From a virus (lineage: Duplodnaviria > Caudoviricetes), in the IMG/VR virus record IMGVR_UViG_3300005600_000073, positions 1 to 25,910 of that record: a stretch of DNA of 25,910 bases; one strand, 5' to 3'. Under the pieces are notes generated by a model. It saw only the letters and a list, made by a program, of their open reading frames with translations. It was not told the DNA's origin and made no database searches. The translations under genes and the position numbers were made by a program. Of the stretch, positions 8,805 to 17,299 are shown piece by piece (position 1 is the first letter of the stretch; the number at the start of each line of letters is the position of its first letter).

Positions 8805-9126
8805 AGATATTGTCCATAATACGAATTTTTAGTTTGTCCAAAGTATTTTTGCAAGGAAATAATTCTAATGGGTATACACTTCCATTTTCCATTTTTACGA
8901 TACAAAGGTCTATATTCCTTGTTATATTACGATAAACCCCAACAATATCACCCTCAAAAACAAGATTGTCATCACAGTCTTTTGTTCCTATGTATTGACC
9001 AATATCTCTTTCATCAAGGTTTAATTCTTCTATTGCTTCGAAATATTCTCTTAAATTATCAAAATCATAAGAATATATAAAATTTTTATTCTTTTTATTA
9101 TAAATTCGAAATACTTTTTCTTTCAT
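8782..9126 (-). CDS. YopX-family phage protein
   Basis: FRIYNK...GQYIGTKDCDDNLVFEGDIV...IMDNIYEN matches the YopX QYTGLKD.NG.EIYEGDI...IGNIYEN pattern. Confidence 0.8.
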   Translation of the reverse strand: MKEKVFRIYNKKNKNFIYSYDFDNLREYFEAIEELNLDERDIGQYIGTKDCDDNLVFEGDIVGVYRNITRNIDLCIVKMENGSVYPLELFPCKNTLDKLKIRIMDNIYENKKMY

Positions 9127-9137
9127 AATTTTACTTT

Positions 9138-11075
9138 TTACTTTTTATTAATGTCAAATTCAATTTTATCTTTTCCATTGTGCATATAACCGAGCATGCG
9201 CTGGGTGGTAATGTGTGGCAAAAATGCAATGTCAAAATACCCTTTGTGTCCACGCTGGCCTTCGAGCCAAACTAATTGATCCATATTGGGAATATACGGT
9301 ATTGTTTTTTTAATGTTTGGGTTTCCTTTCAATACATCAAAATTACTTTGATTTGTCGCCACATACAATGCATATTCTGGATACATCTCTTTAATTGAGC
9401 CGAATAGCGCCGTGCATAAATAAACATCTCCAATGCTATCAGGCATTACAAAGAGAATTTTCTTATTATCTTCAGCATCCAAAAAATCTTCAAAGTCGAT
9501 CTTCTTATTTTTGTTGTTGTCTTCTCGCGCCACATGTCTGAAATAATTTTCGACTTGTTGCCGAGATAGATCTCTCGACAATCTTTCTATCCAATGCTTT
9601 AAGCCTTCATCTTTTTCATTGACCTCGGTTTTTAATATTTTTTTATAGAGTTGTTTTACCCATTCAATATCATTGTCGGAATTTTCAATAATTGCATTCG
9701 GATCTTTCTCTTCTTTCTCAAAGCTAAATGTAGTATAGTCTACATAAGGCTGTTCGTCAATAAAATTTTCAACAAACTTTGCAATTTTCTTTGAATCGAA
9801 ATTATCTAAGGCCCACTGTCTTGTTTTTTGGCCTAATTGTTCCTTCTCCCCTTCGGGGAGGGTATAGAATTTTTGGAGAGTTTCGCAGATGCTTTCTGGT
9901 TTTGTTGAGGCTTTATCAAAATTTGTATGTATTTCTTTATAAAAATTAAAGTCCAGTGGCGAAATGACCCCATTTGAAGTATTCACATGGCTCGACCCGC
10001 AGGAATAATTCGTGCAAGCAGTTGGATTTCCAACTAGCGCAGATTGAACAATCGGATTTTCTTGTGCTCCACTGCTAAATGCTTGAATATAAACACTTTG
10101 CAAATTAAATATTTCGTTTAGAACTTCGTCAGTGACCCCAAATCGAACACTTGTAGATACTAAGTTTTTAGTTTGACAATATTTACATTGCAATTCCTCA
10201 CCATTAATTGGTAAAACTTCATATTTTTTACAATTTCTGCAAATATATGTAACTAAAATTTCTTTTTTATCTATACCATACTCATCTGCAAATTTTTCTA
10301 TTGGCCATCCTTCACCGAGGTTCGTATGAATGGCCACATACGTTGGCCTTGTTGGTTTGTATTTTTCTTTCCACATTTTGTAACCTAACAATAATTTATC
10401 AATGCTTTTTCTGAGTTGGTTGCGAAATACAAAGCCAATTACAAAAGCATTTACCTCAATGTTTTGCTCTACCCTCAACGATACCCTCTTGGACTTCTCA
10501 AGTGGATAAAATTTAGAAACATCAATAGGACCATTTAAGGTTTTGACGTGCTTGTGACCGAGTCTATGCATTTCGTCTTCAGCAAATTTAGACCAAACAA
10601 AAAAGTTTTTAATTTTTGGAGCATCTTTTACAGCGCTTTCCAAAATTGGAAGTGAATCCAATGTCGTATGAAAAGCAAATGGAATTTTCCCAGATTCTAT
10701 GTAACTTCTTGATAGTAAATAATTTTGGCCCCAATAATCGTTGCAAATCCATATAAAATCTGGTTTAATTGATTTTACAAGATCGTCTAAGGCGTGGTCG
10801 CCATAGGCCGCCATTCTTGCAGAATGTTGATCACCATTATTGAGGGCATTTAATTCTTCTTGATTATTTGGCAAGCATCCGTAACACTTCCAAGGAAACA
10901 TTGACAATTGAGGATCTCCCTTAATAGACGAACAGCACAAATGATGAATTTCAATTTTATCTGAGGCATTTAAGAACAGATTTTTTAATAAGGTTGCGCT
11001 GCTGCCACCGAATCCAGTTCTTGCGCTTGCTGAATCAGATATATATAGTAATTTTTTCTTTTTTTGTTTTTGCAT
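9138..11075 (-). CDS. Multidomain glycosyltransferase: GT4-like GT-B with Zn-ribbon insert + DUF4214-like helical domain + GT9 N-terminal lobe
   Basis: LLYISDS...TGFG, IGFVFRNQLRKSIDKLL, CRNC...CKYC insert, WVKQLYKKIL...DEGLKHWIERL...SRQQV, and C-terminal KKILFVMPDSIGDVYLCTALFGSIKEMYP...LKGNPNI. Confidence 0.8.
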   Translation of the reverse strand: MQKQKKKKLLYISDSASARTGFGGSSATLLKNLFLNASDKIEIHHLCCSSIKGDPQLSMFPWKCYGCLPNNQEELNALNNGDQHSARMAAYGDHALDDLVKSIKPDFIWICNDYWGQNYLLSRSYIESGKIPFAFHTTLDSLPILESAVKDAPKIKNFFVWSKFAEDEMHRLGHKHVKTLNGPIDVSKFYPLEKSKRVSLRVEQNIEVNAFVIGFVFRNQLRKSIDKLLLGYKMWKEKYKPTRPTYVAIHTNLGEGWPIEKFADEYGIDKKEILVTYICRNCKKYEVLPINGEELQCKYCQTKNLVSTSVRFGVTDEVLNEIFNLQSVYIQAFSSGAQENPIVQSALVGNPTACTNYSCGSSHVNTSNGVISPLDFNFYKEIHTNFDKASTKPESICETLQKFYTLPEGEKEQLGQKTRQWALDNFDSKKIAKFVENFIDEQPYVDYTTFSFEKEEKDPNAIIENSDNDIEWVKQLYKKILKTEVNEKDEGLKHWIERLSRDLSRQQVENYFRHVAREDNNKNKKIDFEDFLDAEDNKKILFVMPDSIGDVYLCTALFGSIKEMYPEYALYVATNQSNFDVLKGNPNIKKTIPYIPNMDQLVWLEGQRGHKGYFDIAFLPHITTQRMLGYMHNGKDKIEFDINKK

Positions 11076-11115
11076 ATTCTAAACTTTAATTGTCTGCTAA
11101 TAAGTCGATTCGTTT

Positions 11116-11136
11116 AAAAAAGCCCCTTTCGGGGGC
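11116..11136 (-). terminator. Rho-independent terminator after the SSB-like gene
   Basis: Minus strand GCCCC-CGAAA-GGGGC followed by TTTTTT, 8 nt after the stop codon. Confidence 0.8.
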
Positions 11137-11144
11137 GCTGTTAA

Positions 11145-11771
11145 TTAAATCAAGTCGTCATCGTCATCCTGTTGCTTCGACGAGGAACTCCCGCCAAAGT
11201 CCCAATTTGCCCAATCATCCTTGACTTCTGCTTTTTGCTCTTGTTTTGGCTGCGGCTGTGGCTGAGAGTTTTGGCCGCCATTATTTTTGTTTTCTTTATA
11301 TTTATTTAAAGCATATTCATTCTGTTTATTGATTGAACTGTGACTTGAAATGGCCAAGCAGGTTCTCAAAAACTCCCTAATCAAAACTCCCTCACCAAAG
11401 GTAAAACCAATACGAAGAGAATTGGATTCATTCTTCTCATTGTTTTTTTGCGTGAGCGACAATGAATGCCCAACTTGATTACCGTCTCTAAGATAGGGGC
11501 CAAAAGATCCCGCTGTAGAACCCAGATCATTTGAATGAAAAATCTTAAACTCCCTATTGTTTTCAATGGTATCAATAATTGTTGCGGCCTCGACTGTGGT
11601 AAATTTGGCTACAATTTTTACTGGCGAATTTTTAAAACTACCCCTCTTTTTTGCATCATCCCATCCGGTTTGTTTAATCATTTCAATAAAAATTGAATCA
11701 TAGCCTTTGTTGAATTTGATTGAAGTGGCTGTGCCTGAGACTCTTGGGTTTGGCTTGTAGAACTGAATCAT
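11145..11771 (-). CDS. Putative Whirly/PC4-fold single-stranded DNA-binding protein
   Basis: Two beta-sheet+helix units ending KFTTVEAATII and GFTFGEGVLI, with FKIFHS and GHSLSLTQK, resembling Whirly proteins. Q/P/N linker and acidic tail DDDDDLI. Has its own promoter and terminator. Confidence 0.6.
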   Translation of the reverse strand: MIQFYKPNPRVSGTATSIKFNKGYDSIFIEMIKQTGWDDAKKRGSFKNSPVKIVAKFTTVEAATIIDTIENNREFKIFHSNDLGSTAGSFGPYLRDGNQVGHSLSLTQKNNEKNESNSLRIGFTFGEGVLIREFLRTCLAISSHSSINKQNEYALNKYKENKNNGGQNSQPQPQPKQEQKAEVKDDWANWDFGGSSSSKQQDDDDDLI

Positions 11772-11813
11772 AATGTTTTTTTTCTTTCTTTTTAATTGTT
11801 TTTGTATGTGATA

Positions 11814-11841
11814 AGTATAACAAATTGGTGAAAAAAGTCAA
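11814..11841 (-). promoter_or_regulatory. sigma70-type promoter TTGACT-N16-TATACT with extended -10 (TGn)
   Basis: -35 at 11841-11836 and TGtTATACT at 11822-11814, in the intergenic gap upstream of the SSB-like gene. Confidence 0.7.
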
Positions 11842-11846
11842 CTTAA

Positions 11847-12452
11847 TTAATAGTAAATTTTTGGCGACCGATAGAGTAAATTACCAGTGCATTCATGAGG
11901 TTCAGTTCTATCCAATAAATCAACTCCAATACATTGAAAAGCAGAAAAAACCAATTTAAAGCAAAAGAATTTATCTTTATTGTGAATATTTTTATTCAAC
12001 GCTATTCCAAGTGCTCCCAAATAGTCGTAATCTTTTCCAATTTGCGCCTCAAGAAAATTAATAATAGAATGGGTGTAAAAAGGATCGTAATCAACATTAA
12101 AAGTTTCGGTGTCCTCCCAGTCGGTCATTTTCTTTTTCCTGACTCCAGCTCCTTGCCAACTTTCAATGATGGTATCGCTATTCGGTAAAAGAATAGCCGC
12201 ATGAGAATACTTACTATTAGTCCTCCATTGAATCAATTTTGAAAATAGGCCTCGCCCTTTAAAAAGAATGATTTTTACTTTTTTATTATTAGCGTCTAAG
12301 AAACCCTCTTCTTGTCGCTTTGCAAATTCATCTTGAAAATATTTTAATTGTGCGGCGCTCCATGTTGAGTTTTGGCATTGCCTTGACTTTAAAATTAAAT
12401 TATTATAATAGTTATTTAAATTTTTGGTATGGTATTTTATATGATTTGTCAT
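11847..12452 (-). CDS. Permuted papain-like NlpC/P60 (YiiX/YaeF-like) enzyme
   Basis: His before Cys order: SKYSHAAI...IIES...QIGKDYDY...KFFCFKLV. The usual CSELV reads CFKLV here. Confidence 0.75.
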   Translation of the reverse strand: MTNHIKYHTKNLNNYYNNLILKSRQCQNSTWSAAQLKYFQDEFAKRQEEGFLDANNKKVKIILFKGRGLFSKLIQWRTNSKYSHAAILLPNSDTIIESWQGAGVRKKKMTDWEDTETFNVDYDPFYTHSIINFLEAQIGKDYDYLGALGIALNKNIHNKDKFFCFKLVFSAFQCIGVDLLDRTEPHECTGNLLYRSPKIYY

Positions 12453-15001
12453 TTTAATTCACTAAGTTTCATGTAAATGTTAAGTTTTTGTATTGTGATT
12501 TCTTCTGCAAAAAGACAATCTTGCTTCGCTTGACCGCGAACGACCAAAATGTCGCCCTTTTCTGGCAGTCGCCCATTTCTCTCTTCACACATTTCAATTT
12601 TATTGCCATTCTCGAAGATTTTGGTTTTCAATTCACTCTTTTCGTCTTCAAGAACAATATCGATATAAACGTTGCCATTCTTGGAAGTTCTTTTTGTTAC
12701 GCTTTTGGCGGTGCCGACAACAAGGACTTTTTGGTTGATATGATTGTTAATTTCTTCTAGGCCGACAAAGTTTAATTGATTGTTGAATATATCTTTAAGT
12801 CTATTTTTGCAAGAAAACCCAAGTAATTTCTTTTCATACCACCAATTTGCAAACTTTTCATTAACCTTATTGAGATTATAAATGTTTTTATATGGTTCAA
12901 TATGTTTGCGGATGGTCTCCATTCGACTCTCTTTAATATAGGGCTTGTCATTTTCATCATTATTGTCCCTCATGTATCTAATTATTTCAAATAGATTATT
13001 GTTAAACCTTGGCGAAAGTTGAATGGCGAATTTCTTTTCCCTGTCTGTCAGTTTATTCCAAATTTGCGCCTCGTAAACCATTCTGGTGCGAGAACCTTGG
13101 AAGCCTGTTAGAGCCCCAGCTTGAATAAGCGGACATAATACACTCATCGGCACGCCAGCCTCTTTTGCATTTTGAAAGACTTGCATTTTATTGTCGTATT
13201 CACTCTTAAAAAGGCCGAGTTTTTGTATTGATTTGGTATTAATGCCTTTAATATCAGTTAGGCCGTATCTAATGTTATTGCCTTCTATGGAGAAGTCCAT
13301 CTCTGATTTAATGATGTCTGGCGGCAGCAACTTAATACCAAAATGCTCCATTTCTTTTTCAATGACAGAAATATGTTCCATTGGGTCTTGTTCATGGACC
13401 GTCATTCTCAATAATGAATGAAAGAATTCTTTTGGATGCTTGAATTTTAGATAAACTGTTATAGCTGAAAGAGTGGCATATGGATAAGAATGTCCTGCAC
13501 AAAAAAGATAATTTGCAGAATCTTCCAAACACTTCCAGTAAAATTCAGCGGCACCTTCTATTTTTAATTCTTTACCTTTTTGGAAAATAATATCTTTCCA
13601 TTTAAGCATTTGTTCCATCTTTTTCTTACCGGCTGCTTTACGGATCTTATTAGAGTCATTTTTTGACAATTCAAAAACCTCAACAGCAATTCTCATCATT
13701 GTTTCTTGAAAAAGGATGGCATTGCCGGTTTCCAATAGAATTTCATCTAGCTTGTCGGAGCCGCTATTGATTTTATCTTTAGCATTATTGTTTGTAAAAT
13801 TTGCATAATTGTCAAGAAATTGTAGCGCCCCAGGGCGACAAATTGCAAGAACCGCACTTAATTCATCAAGATTTTTTGGTTTTATTTTTTTGCACCCGCT
13901 ATACGCAGCAAAAGCCTCTAATTGAAAAATGCCATACGGATATTTAAAGTCTTGTAGTTGTTGATAAATAAAATTGTCGTTGATGTTAATGCTGTTAAAA
14001 TTGATCCCTACTCTTTTGCATGTTTCATCGACTACCGATAAAGTCTTCAAACCTAGAACATCTAATTTAATTGCAATATTCCCACTCCAGCCCATGTCAA
14101 AAGAACTAACAATAGTTTTGTCTTTGCCTGAAGTTAATTCCATTGGGAAATTATCCTCAGATTTTCCAAATGGTATAAGCATTCCCGAGGCATGGACGGC
14201 CCTATTTCTAATCAATCCCCTTAATTTACAAGCAATTTCAAAAATTTCCCTATTCTCATCGGCCCATTCTCTAAACTTCTCCTCATTTTCATATGCTTCT
14301 TCAAGGTCCATGACTTTGCCATATTCCACTGGCAACAATGAACTTATGACATTCATTTGATCTTCGGAGTATTCTGCTATTGTCTTCCCGCAATCTTTGA
14401 TAAGTTGTTTGCCAGCGAAAGTATTTAGATTGAGAATTTTTACAGCATCATATTTTTCTTGAAGGTATTCCAATAATTTTGGACGCTTATAGTAATCAAA
14501 ATCAAGGTCAATATCGGGAAGAGTTCCTCCATCAAAATATTTTTCACCATCAATAACTTCAAATTCAACACGGTCAGTAGAAAGAAATCGTTCAAAAATT
14601 AATTTATTTTTAATTGGGTCGATCCCAGTTATTCCACACAAATACAAGATCATCGAGCTCGCGGCGCTTCCGCGCCCGAGACCGATTGCAATATCCTGCT
14701 TTTTACAGTAATCTACAACTTCCCAAACGAGCAAAAAATAATCAATAAAACCTAAGTCGCCAATAACCTTTAGTTCGTGTCTCGCCTGATCAATATACTT
14801 TTGTTTGTCGCTCTCCTTGATGGCTCCGGCGGCCAATTTTTCTTTCAACCCCTCAGAACACAACTTCTTAAAAAAAGCATAGTTTTGTTCTTCAGAGCCG
14901 TCGGTCGCACCATATTTTGATTTTGATATTTTGAATTTTGGAAGACGAACGCCCTTGTTTTTTAGTTTGTTCGGCTTTAAGGTTTGTAGGTAGCTATTCA
15001 T
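12449..15001 (-). CDS. dnaE: DNA polymerase III alpha subunit catalytic core lacking the PHP domain
   Basis: GFIDYFL, GRGSAASS, FERFL, PDIDLDF, HASG, KLDVLGL, GIFQLE, RPG, ILFQE, IRYGLTDIKG and a C-terminal OB fold. Starts just before the LPKF linker that normally follows PHP. Confidence 0.95.
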   Translation of the reverse strand: MNSYLQTLKPNKLKNKGVRLPKFKISKSKYGATDGSEEQNYAFFKKLCSEGLKEKLAAGAIKESDKQKYIDQARHELKVIGDLGFIDYFLLVWEVVDYCKKQDIAIGLGRGSAASSMILYLCGITGIDPIKNKLIFERFLSTDRVEFEVIDGEKYFDGGTLPDIDLDFDYYKRPKLLEYLQEKYDAVKILNLNTFAGKQLIKDCGKTIAEYSEDQMNVISSLLPVEYGKVMDLEEAYENEEKFREWADENREIFEIACKLRGLIRNRAVHASGMLIPFGKSEDNFPMELTSGKDKTIVSSFDMGWSGNIAIKLDVLGLKTLSVVDETCKRVGINFNSININDNFIYQQLQDFKYPYGIFQLEAFAAYSGCKKIKPKNLDELSAVLAICRPGALQFLDNYANFTNNNAKDKINSGSDKLDEILLETGNAILFQETMMRIAVEVFELSKNDSNKIRKAAGKKKMEQMLKWKDIIFQKGKELKIEGAAEFYWKCLEDSANYLFCAGHSYPYATLSAITVYLKFKHPKEFFHSLLRMTVHEQDPMEHISVIEKEMEHFGIKLLPPDIIKSEMDFSIEGNNIRYGLTDIKGINTKSIQKLGLFKSEYDNKMQVFQNAKEAGVPMSVLCPLIQAGALTGFQGSRTRMVYEAQIWNKLTDREKKFAIQLSPRFNNNLFEIIRYMRDNNDENDKPYIKESRMETIRKHIEPYKNIYNLNKVNEKFANWWYEKKLLGFSCKNRLKDIFNNQLNFVGLEEINNHINQKVLVVGTAKSVTKRTSKNGNVYIDIVLEDEKSELKTKIFENGNKIEMCEERNGRLPEKGDILVVRGQAKQDCLFAEEITIQKLNIYMKLSELK

Positions 15002-15010
15002 ACTTCTTTT

Positions 15011-15376
15011 TTATTTGCTATATTTTAACATCAACTTATCAAGTTCGTCAAACAAAATTTTCATCTCTCTTTCAAATTTGGCGGCACCATCGAATTTTCC
15101 TTGGCCCATATACATATTATACCACCTCTCTTTATGTTTAATCTCCACTTTCAGTTCTTTGATTCGATTTTTATCTAAGTGTTCCTCTCCTGTTATTACA
15201 AGGTCGCCCAAGACGACTTCATGAACGGAATAACGTTTTCCAGAATTGCCGCAGACAGTAGTAATATAAGCTTTTGCAGGGCCAACTTTAGAATATATGT
15301 TGCTTGTTGGCTCGCCTTTTTTATTTACTACGATATAGCCGACGGCGTTATTTTGTTCATTATTTTCTTTTTTCAT
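15011..15376 (-). CDS. Hypothetical phage protein
   Basis: Packed ORF with an ATGA overlap with the upstream gene. Confidence 0.7.
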   Translation of the reverse strand: MKKENNEQNNAVGYIVVNKKGEPTSNIYSKVGPAKAYITTVCGNSGKRYSVHEVVLGDLVITGEEHLDKNRIKELKVEIKHKERWYNMYMGQGKFDGAAKFEREMKILFDELDKLMLKYSK

Positions 15377-15564
15377 TCACTTTCCTTTTCACTCAATTCG
15401 CAATCAATATATTGGCTGACCGATTTTGGATGGAATCCATAGGCAACAGATGCTTGATAAAACAATTCTGCCAATCTATTCATACAAAGATCATCATAAA
15501 AAACTTCAATTTCTACTCTTTGTCCGTATTCGTCTTTGGTTGTAGGTTCTAGTATTATTTTCAT
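15373..15564 (-). CDS. Hypothetical phage protein
   Basis: Start moved from 15591 to the MKIILE ATG, which has the AAAAAATTATG leader. Confidence 0.65.
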   Translation of the reverse strand: MKIILEPTTKDEYGQRVEIEVFYDDLCMNRLAELFYQASVAYGFHPKSVSQYIDCELSEKESE

Positions 15565-15577
15565 AATTTTTTGCTTT

Positions 15578-15895
15578 TTATAAAAATTCAAATGTTAATT
15601 GTTCATCATTGGTTTTAATTTTATGTTTTTTCAAAAAGTTTTTACTTTCATGCAATAACATATCTGGATCACATCGACCGTCTACAACCCAGTCGCCGCA
15701 TATGATTGCATCTGTAACACCTTCATGAAATTGTTTTATTAAGCCAAGTGCATGTCTTAGATTTTTGTTAGTTCTTTTAATATGCTCCACTAATTCGTCT
15801 TGCATTAAGTTGCCTTCTGGGTCGCCAGCGGCGACTCTAATCTCCGACAGGAGATGTAATAAATATACAGTGTCTTTTGATATTTTGTCAATCAT
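15578..15895 (-). CDS. Hypothetical protein ending in a QLTFEF clamp-binding-like motif
   Basis: Packed ORF; C-terminus EQLTFEFL. Confidence 0.7.
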   Translation of the reverse strand: MIDKISKDTVYLLHLLSEIRVAAGDPEGNLMQDELVEHIKRTNKNLRHALGLIKQFHEGVTDAIICGDWVVDGRCDPDMLLHESKNFLKKHKIKTNDEQLTFEFL

Positions 15896-15911
15896 AATTT
15901 TAATTGTATTT

Positions 15912-16211
15912 TTACCAAATTATAACACATTGCGCCCAAGATGGCAAGTTATAATCCCGATTTGTTGTTATTACAAGGCATTCTTGATGGTTAGATAAGG
16001 TTATCTTATCTTTTTCTCTAGTTATATTCCAGTGGTTTGACCATTCAGAAGAATTCAATTCATTAACAATAGGAAGAATTTCATCCAAAGAGGAGTATTT
16101 GCTAATCCAAAATGCATCTCCATCACCTCCTGCGCTCAAAACTTCTAAGGTCAACAAATTCAACAATTCTTTAGTATGCTTTTTATTATATTCGTCGCTG
16201 TGAAATTCCAT
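15912..16211 (-). CDS. Hypothetical phage protein
   Basis: Packed ORF; EVLSAGGDGDA motif. Confidence 0.7.
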   Translation of the reverse strand: MEFHSDEYNKKHTKELLNLLTLEVLSAGGDGDAFWISKYSSLDEILPIVNELNSSEWSNHWNITREKDKITLSNHQECLVITTNRDYNLPSWAQCVIIW

Positions 16212-16223
16212 AGCTTTTTTATT

Positions 16224-16598
16224 TTATCTCCAAAGTCTATAACTATCTTCATCCCTGTGAAAGGTTGAAGTTTCAATTATTGTCGTGTCTTCCAATGCTT
16301 CTAGTTGGTGCGCCACTAACCGATCTATAAAAAAGCATTCTCCTTTATTAAGGACGGTTTGAATTGTCTGTGGCGAACTTTGTTGCATTTGGTGTATTCG
16401 TATAACGCATTGACCATTAAGCACATGGAAGGATTCCCTCTTATCATCGTGCATGTGCATACTGAACTTGCTACCCTTTTTAATGAATAGTATTTTACTA
16501 CAAATATCCAATTCTTCATCATTAAACAGCCACTTTTCATAGCCCCATTCCTTTTCTACATATTTGGGGACACTTTTTAATTGATCTAAATTATTCAT
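16224..16598 (-). CDS. Cupin-fold protein (sugar isomerase-like)
   Basis: VEKEWGYE.W...KILFI.KG...SMHMH..KRESF.V..G...HQL.A....IIETST...DSYR. Metal ligands H-x-H, E and H are intact. Confidence 0.85.
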   Translation of the reverse strand: MNNLDQLKSVPKYVEKEWGYEKWLFNDEELDICSKILFIKKGSKFSMHMHDDKRESFHVLNGQCVIRIHQMQQSSPQTIQTVLNKGECFFIDRLVAHQLEALEDTTIIETSTFHRDEDSYRLWR

Positions 16599-17062
16599 AG
16601 TCGATTTAAATTACCTTTCAGTATTTGATTATATTCTTTAAATATATTGTGCTTTTCTAGCAGTTTATATATTGCAAGTATCTCGGCGTTCATCTTATCT
16701 ACATTTATCCTCTCGATTGGAACTTCTGCCTTTTCATTATTATGATTAATATTGTAATATCTTTTAATTATATTGTCATGATAATCATGACCGACCATTA
16801 AAAAAAGAGGAAACTGGCTATAATATTCGCACATTAATGAATGGTATGCACAGCAAAAGCAAGTTTGGGGCTGCTTGATACAATCACCACTATGTATGCC
16901 AAGGTCAGAAGACCTTCTATAACTTGGAATAATACGAAATAAAGGTTCACTAATATTTGTCCAAAGTTTGGTTTGAGCATAATCAATTAGTCCGGCGACC
17001 CTTTCTTTAAAATTACACCTTAGATAATCTGGATCTTTTAGAAAATTATTCATAGTCGATTT
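16588..17062. repeat. Perfect 20-bp direct repeat AAATTATTCATAGTCGATTT at 16588-16607 and 17043-17062
   Basis: Read directly from the sequence. The copies are 455 bp apart and each contains a minus-strand start codon. Confidence 0.9.
16595..17053 (-). CDS. Hypothetical protein with H.GDC...P..C..C motif
   Basis: HSGDCIKQPQTCFCC. Flanked by the 20-bp repeat; ATGA overlap with the cupin gene. Confidence 0.7.
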   Translation of the reverse strand: MNNFLKDPDYLRCNFKERVAGLIDYAQTKLWTNISEPLFRIIPSYRRSSDLGIHSGDCIKQPQTCFCCAYHSLMCEYYSQFPLFLMVGHDYHDNIIKRYYNINHNNEKAEVPIERINVDKMNAEILAIYKLLEKHNIFKEYNQILKGNLNRL

Positions 17063-17064
17063 TA

Positions 17065-17283
17065 TTATTTTAGCTCCTGTTCATAAACATAAACAATATG
17101 ATCTTCATTGTTATATTCATCACTATCTACCCAACCGATGCCTGTGTCTGACAATTTTTCTGGCCGCTCCCCGAAGTGTTTTTCAATTGCTTTAACAGCA
17201 TCTTCTCGGCTTTTAAATGTTTCACCATCTAAAAAACCATTTCCATCACATCTGGTTTCATGATTAATTGTGTATATTTTCAT
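17065..17283 (-). CDS. Hypothetical phage protein
   Basis: Packed small acidic ORF. Confidence 0.7.
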   Translation of the reverse strand: MKIYTINHETRCDGNGFLDGETFKSREDAVKAIEKHFGERPEKLSDTGIGWVDSDEYNNEDHIVYVYEQELK

Positions 17284-17299
17284 AATCTTTCTTTTTTTA

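Noticed and set aside
12383-12409. + strand TTGACT-N15-TATAAT pointing antisense into the dnaE 3' end
   Set aside because: The 15-nt spacer is suboptimal and such matches are likely by chance in very AT-rich DNA. It cannot be supported without transcript data.
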